From assembly GCF_006345805.1 (NCBI RefSeq), contig NW_021832687.1, forward strand, positions 1 to 30,202: 30,202 nt of DNA, written 5' to 3'. Below, piece after piece: positions 11,473 through 22,485 of this stretch. This DNA comes from Octopus sinensis (lineage: Eukaryota). A program made the translations under genes and the position numbers. The first letter of the stretch is position 1; every line of letters starts with the position of its first letter. The notes below the pieces were generated by a model, which made no database searches, was not told where the DNA came from, and saw only the letters and a list, made by a program, of their open reading frames with translations.

Positions 11473-11515
<43 letters not shown>

Positions 11516-11601
11516 TAGTAGTAGTAGTAGTAGTATTAGTAGTGGTGATGATGGAGATAGTGATAGTGATGGTGATGGTGATGATGATGATGATGATGAT
11601 G

Positions 11602-12163
11602 ATAAATGCCCTGATGCAGAACCAGGTACTGGCTCTCATGGCTTCTGATCTGAAATGATTGGAAGTGTTATCATGTGCATGTTTTGTCTCGGAATAAAAG
11701 ATGGACTACAGCAGATATTCTGCTCAAATACCACAGATTTTCTTGTCAGTTGTTTGACCTTAACCAGTTGAACGTGTCTCTTAGTGCCCGACGATATGTG
11801 CATCTCTGATCACGACCAGAAGTAATAGGGGAGCACCATAGCCATGTGTTCAGAGGAATTCTCTGGTGTTTGAATAACTCACTGCTGGAAACGAGTGTTT
11901 CGTTCAATATCCTTAAACAACCCTTATTCAAGGAACATTTGAGCGGAATGGGCTACTCAACCTGAAGAAAATTCGAACTCCGCTACCCACCGCCGCAAGA
12001 TCATGTGCTGTTTATCTTCATATGAGATCAACATGTCACGCACATATCATTGTGATGCATGTGCTCGGTATACCCTTATCAGGCAGGTAGGCATGATGGG
12101 TTACTGGACTTCGTATATTTGCACCCCAGTGCCACTTTGATGGCATGTGCTGCTTTCTCACTC
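11602..12163 (+). mobile_element. ~555-bp (AAT)n-associated element, copy 2
   Basis: Same 5' start and 3' end as copy 1, followed by a long (AAT)n. Confidence 0.9.
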
Positions 12164-12197
<34 letters not shown>

Positions 12198-12223
12198 TAA
12201 TAATAATAATAATAATTAATAAT

Positions 12224-12282
<59 letters not shown>

Positions 12283-12296
12283 TAATAATAATAATA

Positions 12297-12507
12297 ACTG
12301 TTTAAAATTTTAGCACAAGGCCAGCGATTTCGGGTGTGCGGTTAAATTGATTGTATCGACCCCAGTATTCAACTGGTACATGCTTCATCGACATCGAATT
12401 GCTAGGGTGAAATAAAAAGAAATAAAGGAATAAAAGTAAAACTCGGACGAGATGCTAGAAAAAATTTTGTCCGGCGTGCTTAACGATTCGGCCAGCTTGC
12501 CGCTTTA
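12297..12507 (-). mobile_element. Degenerate copy of the same SINE-like family
   Basis: The minus strand reads GCGGCAAGCTGGCCGAATCGTTAAGCACGCCGGAC...GTACCAGTTGAATACTGGGGTCGATACAATC. A partial duplicate of its 3' end is at ~12873-12947. Confidence 0.65.
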
Positions 12508-12516
12508 ATAACAACT

Positions 12517-12770
12517 TTAATAATAGTGTGTTGAGAAGTTTTCTTCCCAACAACCTGGTTCCGCGTTCAATTCGACTACGTGGTACGTTTGACAAACGTC
12601 TTCTTACTATAACTTAAAGCCGACCTTGCGGATGGATTTGATAAACAGAAACTGAAAGAAGCCCGTTTTATGTGTGTATGTGTGTGTGTCTCTCCTTCTC
12701 CGCTTTACAACCGGTGTTGGTATGTTTACGTCCCCATAACTTAGCGGTTCGGAAGAAATAGATTGATAGA
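12517..12770 (+). mobile_element. Degenerate SINE of the same family
   Basis: GCCGACCTTGCGGATGGATTTGATAAACAGAAACTGAAAGAAGCCCG, then (TG)n, then ACAACCGGTGTTGG...TAACTTAGCGGTTCGG. Confidence 0.65.
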
Positions 12771-12809
12771 ATAATGATGATTATGATGATGATGATGATG
12801 ATGATGATG

Positions 12810-12841
<32 letters not shown>

Positions 12842-13339
12842 TATAATAATAATATAATAATAATAATAATAATTTTAAAATTTTAGCACAAGGCTAGCAA
12901 TTTCGGGTGTAGGGTTAAATTGATTGTATCGACTCCAGACATAGAAACAAATTAATGTTGGATCGTCTTGTCTGCCTAAAATTCTTCAAGGTGGTACTCC
13001 AGCATGGCCGTAGTCGAATGAGTGAAACAAGTAAAAGGATAAAACAGACAGTAAAAACAACAGCAGCAGCAGCAAAAACAATTACAGCGACATGGACATC
13101 ATCATCATCAGCAACAACATCAAAGAAGAAGAAGAAGAACAACAACAACAACAAGAGCAAGAAGAAGAACAAGAACAACAACATCAACAACAACAATAAC
13201 AACAACAACAACAACAACCAAAGCAACCGTACCAATATAAATGCCATCATCAATAGCAACGACAAAGAAACTATGATCAGAAAGAATGAGGAACATTTTG
13301 ATCACCAGGGTAAATGAAATTTTTATGTGAAGAAGTCAG

Positions 13340-13416
13340 AACGACGATGACGATGATGACGATGATGATGATGATGATGATGATGATGACGATGATGATG
13401 ATGATGATGATGAGAC

Positions 13417-13450
<34 letters not shown>

Positions 13451-13634
13451 TTGATGATGTTGATGATGACGACGATGATGATGACGATGATGACGACGAT
13501 GATGATGACGATGATGTTGATGACGATGATGACGATGATGACGATGATGACGATGATGACGATGATGATGACGATGATGATGACGATGATGATGACGATG
13601 ATGATGACGATGATGATGATGACGATGCGATGAC

Positions 13635-13671
<37 letters not shown>

Positions 13672-13754
13672 GTGATGACGATGATGACGACGACGACGAC
13701 GACGACAACGATGATGATGAGGAGGAGGAGGAGGAGGAGGAAGATGAGGAGGAT

Positions 13755-13786
<32 letters not shown>

Positions 13787-13820
13787 GGGGGAGGAGGAAG
13801 GCGACGACGACGACGGTGAT
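13340..13820. repeat. (GAT/GAC)n followed by (GAG)n compound microsatellite
   Basis: Direct reading. Confidence 0.9.
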
Positions 13821-13955
13821 TTAACAGCCACGTAATTTTCCACAAGTACGATTTAAGAATAAATTTCAAAGGAGCAGCTACTAGTCTGAAGATATGACCA
13901 TCTGCTGCTGGTTACGTCCAGCACCATCAACATACCCTCCGAGACCATGAAGATA

Positions 13956-14397
13956 CGAGGAGTGTTCATTCAAGTTTTTTTTCCCTGAGCCACTTCCGGT
14001 TATTGTAGGAAACGCAACTTGTACAGGTATAATCATACCTGTCGCTACATGGTACGTTGTAAATTGTAGCTTTCCACAAGTGTTCGTTTGTCTTTTACGA
14101 CTACTGAAGTGGACTAAAGTGTTATAATGGACTTCCATCTCTTTCCAACCATGAAATCTTTTTTGAAGAGGAAACACTTTTCGGTTGATGATGAACTTAT
14201 TTCCGAGGTAAAGTTTGGCTCCAGACGCATCCTACCGACTTCTACAGATGAGGTCTTTATAGCTGCATAAAGCGATGGGAGAAGTGTGTCACCATTTGGT
14301 GGTGGCCATGCAGAGAAGGACTAATAATTATGCCAAGTTTCATTTAACTCAGACCTTGGGAAGTGGGTCAGGGGAAATATTTAATGAACTTTCCTTG
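13956..14397 (+). mobile_element. Internally deleted mariner transposon (442 bp)
   Basis: TA duplications at 13954-13955 and 14398-14399. Imperfect ~40-bp TIRs (CGAGGAGTGTTCATT...CCACTTCC / GGAAGTGG...AATGAACTTTCCTTG). Retains the transposase C-terminus DFHLFPTMKSFLKRKHFSVDDELISEVK..DFYR*GL...KRWEKCV. Confidence 0.9.
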
Positions 14398-14438
14398 TAA
14401 TACGTATCATGAGATCCAGACCCTTCCGAAACGGCACA

Positions 14439-14840
14439 TTTGGAGATGCGTACGCTTCATAGTAGGCGTGGAATTAAGCGTGAGGGGTCGTACCTCGAAA
14501 GATCTGGTCTTGCTAATTTGCTTCCACATCTATATCTAATGATCCGTGTCCGTTGAGTCAGTGGCTTTGCTTCGAAGGTGACCCCCAAACTGCTTGTAAT
14601 CATACTGTGTATTCTGATTAAGGCTTTGTTAAATATATAAAAAAAAACAAACAGAAAGCGAGAAGGGATACTTGCCTTACCCCCGTGAAAAATAAGGGAT
14701 ATAAAACTCTCCTAAAATGTTACCAACGATTGCAATGTTATTCAACCTAGAGTAGGGTCATTTAGCTCTATCGAAGTTTCTATATATTACAAACAGCTGT
14801 AATTTGTCATGCTCTTCGTGGACAGGAAAATATGTAATCA
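14439..14840. repeat. ~400-bp direct duplication, copy A
   Basis: TTGGAGATGCGTACGCTTCATAGTAGGCGTGGAATTAAGCGTG ... CTATCGAAGTTTCTATATATTA is shared with 17034-17420. Confidence 0.9.
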
Positions 14841-15602
14841 ATCTCGGATGAAACTTTAAAAACCGCTGAAACTAATCTAATCGATTCCTTTTTTTTCTCG
14901 TCAAAAGAGAAAATATGCTTTTTATAATATACACAATTTTGATAGAACTGAATTGGTCTGCCCTAATTTGCATAACAGTTCAAGTCTTGGTAACGTGTAT
15001 CGATTTCGTAATAAATGTAGCATACAAGTATACAGCAGTGTTCTTTTTATGTTTAAGGAAGAGATAAAGTTTTGCATTTTTAGCCTCTCTGCAAAACGTA
15101 GATACTGTGCATAAATAGTGCCAACTATTTTTTTTTCAGTGAAGCTTAAAATATGTTTCTTTGATTTTCTGAAAATTTCATTTATTTCGCCTCTCACCCG
15201 AGAATTTTCGATGTATCATAGCTACTAACCTTTACGTTATAGAAGGGTACGTTCGTGATTTATCTCATTTGATTATTTCTATTTACCATTTAATACTGTT
15301 TTCATCATGAAATTCGCCATTTTATTATGATTGAAACTATTTCAAGCAAACAAATATTAGTAGCAGTATACTTTAAAAGTAAAGTTCAGAGTTTTCGATT
15401 ATAAAGAAGCATTAAATTTAACTATACATTTTATAAGCACGAATTCAAGATAGAAAACATGTGTACAGAGTTGTTGTCCTCAGTTCGTGATTAGACAGTG
15501 TCTAACTTCATGCTTATTTCCAAGCGTATTTGTTTATTAAATTTCGATGTCTTCGTTACATCCTCATCAAAAGACGCTATATAGTAATTCTATTAATGAA
15601 TA

Positions 15603-16078
15603 CAGTGATCCCTCGTTTATCGCGGTAGAATGGTTCCGAGACCGGCCGCGAAAACTGAATTTCCGCGAAGCAGGGACACCATATTTACAGTATTTATTTG
15701 TGTATTTGGACATTTTAAAACCCTCCCTGTACTGTTAACAACCCACCCATTACAGTAACCTATTAATAACAAGGGCAACTATTAAACAATAACACTTTAG
15801 ATTTAAAAAATGAGATTGTTACTATTACACAGGCCAGATTGCAAAAGAGAAAGCTGTGATTCGTCGTCTATCTCCATTGCACCAATCATAGCCCGTCTTA
15901 AGTTCAAATACCCCTGTATATGCTTTTTTGCTATTTTACGCTTGTTTTGTTGTTCCTAGACTAGGAAATAATATTTATTATTAATATTTTAAGGGATTTA
16001 ATGAAAAATTTTAGGCGTTCATTATATATATATATATTCTAAAAATCCGCGAAGTCGTGAAGTAGCGAGGGATCACTG
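15603..16078. mobile_element. pogo/Tigger-like MITE (476 bp)
   Basis: TA|CAGTGATCCCTCG ... CGAGGGATCACTG|TA: perfect 13-bp TIRs with TA target duplication and no ORF. Confidence 0.9.
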
Positions 16079-16321
16079 TAAACGATTTATATATTTATTA
16101 ATACCTCGTTTCTAATTTTTTTATTCGAGTCACTCAAACCAGTTTAGTTTTATTCGAGTTTGTGTCTACTATAAATAGCAATAAGTTGCTGTTGTCTTCG
16201 TCGTTATATAAACGAGTAACTGGTCTCTGATGAAGCAGTAAAATATCCGGCCATGACTGGACAAGTCGAGGTCCATTTCTCTTATCACAAAGAGAAATCC
16301 GTGTTGTATAACTACAGTGAA

Positions 16322-16622
16322 GGCGCATGGCTCAGTGGTTAGAACGTCGGGCTCACAATCACGAAGTAGTAAGTTCGATTCCCGGACCGGCCTGTGTGTT
16401 GTGTTCTTGAGCAAGACACATTGTTTCACGTTGCTCCAGTTCATTCAGCTGTAGAAATGAGTTGTGACGTCACTGGTGTCAAGATGTATCAGCCTTAGAT
16501 AACATCGGTGGCGTGGAGATGGGAGGTTGGTATGCATGGGAGACTGTTGGTCTTCCCTAAACAACTTTACCCGGTGATGTGTCTCGAAGAGTAACTTTCT
16601 AGGTGCAATCCCATGTTCATTC
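16322..16622 (+). mobile_element. tRNA-derived CORE-like SINE, second copy
   Basis: Homologous to 11131-11472 (GGCGCATGGCTCAGTGG...GTTCGATTCCC...TTCTTGAGCAAGACAC). Confidence 0.85.
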
Positions 16623-17033
16623 TTTGCCATTTATAACCACACTACCTACTTTTTACTGCAAGTTTCCAAATGCTCTACGAAGACGTAGAAGAAGAAGAAG
16701 AAGAAGAAGAAGAAGAAGAAGAAGAAGAAGAAGAAGAAGAAGAAGAAGAAAAGAAAGAAGAAGAAGAAACAAAGAAGAAAACACACATTCCATGAACTTC
16801 TTCCGGGCCGTGATTATTTTTAATCTGGAAGGAATATCTCATTTCATAAAATGTTTAATTAATATATCCAAGGTTATATCATGCTGATGACTTCTATAGA
16901 GAATGAAATAGTGTTATACAGGGTTACTAGCGATTTTAATAATTTCATAATATGCAACAACAACAAAATTAATACGCGTATTCAATGGATCCTTTTCCTT
17001 ATTCCTTAATTTCAAATGTAACTGATCAGACTT

Positions 17034-17420
17034 GGAGATGCGTACGCTTCATAGTAGGCGTGGAATTAAGCGTGCAGGTTCGTACCTCGGAAGATCTGGT
17101 CTTGCTAATTTGCTTCCACATGTATATCTAATGGACCGAGCCCGATGAGTTAGTCGCTTTACTTCGAAGGTGATCCCAGAATGCTTGTACTCATTCTGTG
17201 TATTCTGATTAAGGCTTTGTTAGATTAAAAAAAAAACGGAAATTGAGAATGTATACTTGTCTTACTCTTGTGAAAGACGAGGGATCTAAAAATTTCCGAA
17301 AATGTTACCAACGATTGCAATGTTATTCAACTTAGAGTAGAGCAATTGAGTTCTATCGAAGTTTCTATATATTATAAACAGTTGTTATTTATCATTCTCT
17401 CCGTGGATATGAAAATGTGT
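17034..17420. repeat. ~400-bp direct duplication, copy B
   Basis: Colinear diverged paralog of 14439-14840. Confidence 0.9.
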
Positions 17421-18661
17421 GACCATTTGAGCTTTGTTGTTGCTGTTCTTGCTTAGCCCTAGGCTAAAGGTGATTCATCTGAGCTCTGATGAAATATTTC
17501 CAGCTTGGCAGCCATCTTGTACGGGTATATACAATAACATTATCGAATGTTTTCTCTCTTTCAAATGTGACGAGATTTTGCTGCTAATACTAACAGGTCG
17601 AGCAACAAAATAAATATTCCCCAGGCATTATCATCGACATCATCATTGCTGTTTCCATTGTTGATGTTGTTGTTGTTGTTGGTGTTGTCGTTGCTGTTTG
17701 TGTTATGATGTTATCGAGGTTTACCTCCATCTTATGATATATACCGTAATGAATACCTTTTAGCATATACATCTGAGAAATTTAATTGGAAGGAATTCAA
17801 CAAAACAGATGAGTTAAAACAAAACGAATGTAATTGGTAAAATATATAGAACGTCCCATCTATTCTTTTAAAATTTAATCCAACTATAGTATCTTTCAGG
17901 GTATATACATATATGAAAAAATAATGCAGAAGTCAGTTTTATTTAGCACACTAAAATAGGGTTTTAGTTATACAAATGTTCAGACGCATGTGCATTTCTG
18001 GCAGAAGTGCGCTGGCAAAAGTAAATTCGCTTTCATTTTTGTATGTTGGAGGTAAAACTGAGCATATTTCGAAATACATACAACACAAAAGAGGAACCAA
18101 ACGGAAAGTTTAAAGAACACCCAAAGATCATATCTTACCCAATCAAAAATGATCTGTAATATTAATATGTATCGTAAAAATTAGCTGTGAAACAAATTTA
18201 ATTGATCTGATGGGTATAAAAAAAATAACTCCCAACTAAAATATTGTTACGATAGCAAGACATTATCCTTCTGTAATGTATTGAAAAAAAAGAATAAATT
18301 AGACACAATGACAAAACGTATTTAGACCAACTTAAATCAATGCATTCCTATAAACGTGCCGATTCATATGAACAAAGTCATATTTTAGAGTGATAAAAAA
18401 AATCTATGCAGCAAATATCTTAATCAGTAACAGTCGCATCCAGAAAATATTATATTTACATATTCATGTTTTGCTTTTGTTTTTTTTTATATTTTCATGC
18501 AGTTCTTTATAAACGTGATTTACTGTTGTCCCAGGATATTATATCGCATTGTTAATTGCTTTGTACATATATACATACATACATATACATTCATCACATG
18601 CATACAATACATACATAACATACATACATACATATAGGTAGATACATATACATACAACATA

Positions 18662-18713
<52 letters not shown>

Positions 18714-18724
18714 GTATAAGATGA

Positions 18725-19144
18725 TCCCCTAGGTGTAATTGTAGAATTAAATCAAAATGCCCGGCACCTGGTCTGTGTGGGGTAAGTAACGTAATCTATA
18801 AATGTACCATAACTACTGAGAATAGCAAATCTTTTTATTTAGGTTGTACTATAAAATTTAAACAAAGAGTTAGCAACCATATCTCCTCATTTAAGTTACG
18901 TCATAAAGCTGGTTGCACCACACTTTCAAGTAAGATCTGGGAACTCAAAAATAATATTAAATATTGGGAAATAGTTAGAAGAGCGATGCCTTATAGAAAT
19001 AACTGGGTAGGTTGCCAACTCTGCTCCATGGAGACATATGAAATTTTAAGGCATAGAAAAAATAAAAATTTGTTAAATAACCGTATCGAATTAGGTCAAT
19101 CTTGTATTCACTCAAAAATTAAGACTCTTAAATATTTTAAATAA
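18725..19144 (+). mobile_element. 5'-truncated Penelope-like element: C-terminal GIY-YIG endonuclease, open 139-codon frame
   Basis: Stop-to-stop frame reads SPRCNCRIKSKCPAPGLCGVSNVIYKCTITTENSKSFYLGCTIKFKQRVSNHISSF...LSSKIWELK...CQLCSMETYEIL...LLNNRIELGQSCIH...*. It has VIY (18791-18799) and YLG (18836-18844) motifs, a Cys-rich linker, and terminal CxxC...CxH. It begins right after a (CA)n(TA)n tract. Confidence 0.88.
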
Positions 19145-19179
19145 AAATCGTATAGAATAATCGTATAGAGCTATGACTA

Positions 19180-20460
19180 TCTTGTGTTTACTAAAAAAGC
19201 AAAACTCTAATAAATATTTTAAATAGATATCCGCGAGCTCTTCCACTGGTGTTCTTTCTTTCTAACTGTACCTGTTTTAGAACACAAAGAAACAAATGGT
19301 ATTTGTACGTTGCCAAAAATGTAATTGACTATATAGTTAATTTAATTTAATCTAATTTAATTAACCCAACTTAAATCAAATAAATTGCTAATACTTCCTA
19401 ATTCTATTCTAAGTTTAATAAGTAATGCTACTCCCTTAATAATAATATAAAGAATTTTCACTATGATTTTCACTATATTTTGAATAAACAATACTCTCAC
19501 AACTTTTACTATAGAAATTAATTGACCTCTAGGTATAGACCTAAAGTCTGTCTTACAATGTATAAACATTTGTATAAATAGAAACAATAATAAATAAATA
19601 AATAACCTCCTGTTCTAGTGTTGCACTTAAATCTCTTAATGTATTTTCCTCTACTGATAGCCTTTGACCCCTTTGATACTTTCTTTTGTTCTCTTTATAT
19701 TCTTATACCTGCCTTTAACTCTGTAGGAGTGGCAGTATGATGGTCAAAAGTAATGTTCTCTTTTATAACTTATAAATCTCAGGTTCCTGCAACACTGACC
19801 TAGATTTTCTGTCACCACAGAAATAAACTAAACTTTGTAGGTTGTGTACTTACACCCCTTCCTCCCATAATGTCCTTATTTGGGCGGTTTCTGCTTCACT
19901 GACTTCTTTTTGCGACTTCTTTTAGACAATATAGCCAATCTCTTCTTCCAACATAGTAGTTTTGTGAAACGAGTAGAAGTGTGATCAACATCTTACATTC
20001 ATCTTCTCTGAGTATGAAATATCTCCTCATATCTCCGGAAATTACACCTGCATTATTATGGATGGATTTACCTTTTCTGTGAAGCTAACAAACTTTTTAA
20101 AAAACCTTTTATAAAACTGTGCCTCATTAGAGAACTTTTGAAGTCTGCTTACAATATAACTTTGCTTTTCATAGAACTCTCTTCGATACTTCATGAGTGT
20201 AGCCTCACCCCCTAGGATGTTTGGAAAACTCATATGTGCTTTGGCTTATGAATACGGGACACTTGTATTTGCTGCAATATTTGCAGCTTTTAATAAAGCT
20301 GTTCTTCGTATGAAACAATTGTACTGAACAACTAATCCATTCTTGTTGCTTTTTTCTTGTTTATAATCACCCACAATTATTTTATGGTTAATACCACATA
20401 GATCTGGTGCATCTAAGTTGAGTACCGCATTCATGTGAATTCATTGGAACTCACTTGAAT
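19180..20460 (-). pseudogene. Degenerate A-rich coding remnant, possibly a decayed Penelope-type reverse transcriptase
   Basis: Several long frames are broken by stops and frameshifts. Eroded motifs occur in RT order: IVSIYTNV (~19562-19590), LYIIIKGVAL (~19421-19452), YIVNYIF (~19315-19335). Assignment is tentative. Confidence 0.35.
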
Positions 20461-20484
20461 CTTAATTGTTTTTACTATAATATA

Positions 20485-20520
<36 letters not shown>

Positions 20521-20565
20521 TATATATATATATATATATATCATAGACACACAACCGCACACACA

Positions 20566-20612
<47 letters not shown>

Positions 20613-20718
20613 ACACACATAACGATTAAGCTGAAGGGTTACTATCCTAAAAAGCAGAGCACATATTTATTAATTCTTACAAAAAAAACAAGTTGGCAGT
20701 GATTCCAGAGCTTGACCT

Positions 20719-20755
20719 GACACCGCTGACGATGGTAAACCGAAAATCAGGCGTT
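20719..20755 (+). ncRNA. Degenerate hammerhead-like motif
   Basis: GACACCG-CUGACGA-U-GG-UAAA-CC-GAAA-A-UC-AGGCGUU. The core is intact, but stems I and III are imperfect. Confidence 0.35.
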
Positions 20756-21256
20756 ACTGTCAACCTTTCCATTACAATTTATACATATACATACATACAT
20801 ATATATATATATTGTGTGTGCGTGCGTGTGTGTGTGTATGTGTGTGTGTGTGTGTATGTTTGTGTGTGTTTGTGTGAGAGTGTGCTTGTGTGTTTGTGCG
20901 TGTGTGTGTGTGCTATGTCATTATTCAGTTTATTTCCAGATGTCTTGCCTATAGAGAAAGAACCAGTTTCTAACCTAGATCCAAGACTTCTTCATTGGAA
21001 TGTCAACATCAACAACAGGGTATTTTTGTTTGTAAGCATGTATGTATGTATGTATGTATGTATGTTTGTATGTATGTATGTATGTATGTATGTATGTATG
21101 TATGTATGTATGTATGTATGAATGTGTGTACACACAAACACACACGCACACACACACACAAACATATATATATAGTTTAAATTTATAGAAAACAAAGATA
21201 GGTGCAGGGACAACAAGCAGGTATATTAGTTTCACGCTCAGGAAAAATGGAAAAGT

Positions 21257-21292
21257 CTTTTACGTTTCGAGACCACGCTCTTCGACAGAAAG
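21257..21292 (-). ncRNA. Atypical minimal hammerhead-like motif (A6 to U)
   Basis: The minus strand reads CUUU-CUGUCGA-A-GAG-CGUGGU-CUC-GAAA-CG-U-A-AAAG. It has an ACGU palindrome, 4-bp stem I and 3-bp stem II, with a non-canonical core. Confidence 0.45.
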
Positions 21293-21665
21293 GAATAAGA
21301 GAAAATAAATAGGGAGAGAATGAAAAGAACGTGTTGAGTTCAATGAAATACATACACACCACGACACACACACACACACACACACACACCACAACACACA
21401 CGGCCTTGGTTTTTTTATCTCATTACGCAAAATATTATTGCATGTGTGTATATATATATATGTGCATGTACATAGGTATGTATATGTATATATATATATA
21501 ATATATGTGTGTGTTGTGTGTGTGTGTATAAATATACATCCACAAACACACGCTTATACATGCATATATATATATATATATATATAATATGGGTGTGCGT
21601 ACGTATGTGTGTATGCATATTTGGATTGTTTAGATGAATGTACATACACAAGCACACATATACAT

Positions 21666-21764
<99 letters not shown>

Positions 21765-21823
21765 CAAAGAACAGGGTGTGAGTATAGAAATAGAAAGAGT
21801 GAAGGAGATGATAAAATGAAAGT

Positions 21824-21973
21824 TTAATCCAGTGTATTCAGTGTTGATAGCATGTCAGGACGCGGTGCCTGCGACGGAGCCATGCTCTTCAGTGCGGTCC
21901 GTGCGTACTCGGATGTCAAAAGTCCAGCGTCCCGCAGCTTCTCTTCCAAACGAAAGCGTGGATCAGATGTAAC
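21824..21973 (-). CDS. CCDC148: Terminal coding exon of a CCDC148-like gene (49 aa + TAA)
   Basis: The minus strand shows a pyrimidine tract and acceptor (tcttctcttctgtcatcgcag|), then the phase-0 frame [49 protein letters not shown]. This matches my recollection of the CCDC148 C-terminal motif (SDPRxRxExxLRxAGL..xYA...P..PRxDMxST). It is a GC-rich island within SSRs. I could not identify upstream exons in the window. Confidence 0.8.
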   Translation of the reverse strand, partial: VTSDPRFRLEEKLRDAGLLTSEYARTALKSMAPSQAPRPDMLSTLNTLD

Positions 21974-22029
21974 CTGCGATGACAGAAGAGAAGACATTAA
22001 ATATTATGATCAGCATCACCAACTCTGTA

Positions 22030-22189
22030 TCTATTTCTCTCCTCCCTCTCTCTTTTCTCTCTCCTTCTTTCTCTCTCTATTTATCTCTCTCTCTCTCTCT
22101 CTGTCACACACATATATACATGTATATATATATACATATATATAGATATATATATATATACATACGTACATACGTACATATACATATAT

Positions 22190-22234
<45 letters not shown>

Positions 22235-22322
22235 TACATACATATATATATCCCAAAAATATACATATATATAGATGCATACTTTATAATATATACATAA
22301 CTACATACATACATATATATAT

Positions 22323-22380
<58 letters not shown>

Positions 22381-22417
22381 CTATATATATAATATATATA
22401 TATGTATATATAATATA

Positions 22418-22471
<54 letters not shown>

Positions 22472-22485
22472 TATATATATAATAT
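22030..22485. repeat. (CT)n/(TA)n/(TACA)n microsatellite block in the last intron of the CCDC148-like gene
   Basis: Direct reading, immediately upstream of the acceptor on the minus strand. Confidence 0.85.

Noticed and set aside
13881-14177. 98-aa minus-strand ORF as a gene
   Set aside because: It lies mostly antisense inside the mariner remnant and crosses its TIR.
16226-16270. Other CTGATGA/CTGAAGA/CTGACGA heptamers (e.g. ~16227, ~13886, ~17455, ~22970 and within the 555-bp element)
   Set aside because: None has a correctly placed stem II-GAAA-stem III-NUH arrangement.
20930-21030. Apparent plus-strand exon (ttccag|ATG...AGG|gtattt)
   Set aside because: The peptide is unrecognisable and the segment is fused to (TATG)n like a repeat terminus; it cannot be supported as an exon.
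21852-22145. 97-aa plus-strand ORF
   Set aside because: It is the antisense shadow of the CCDC148-like exon running into microsatellite.
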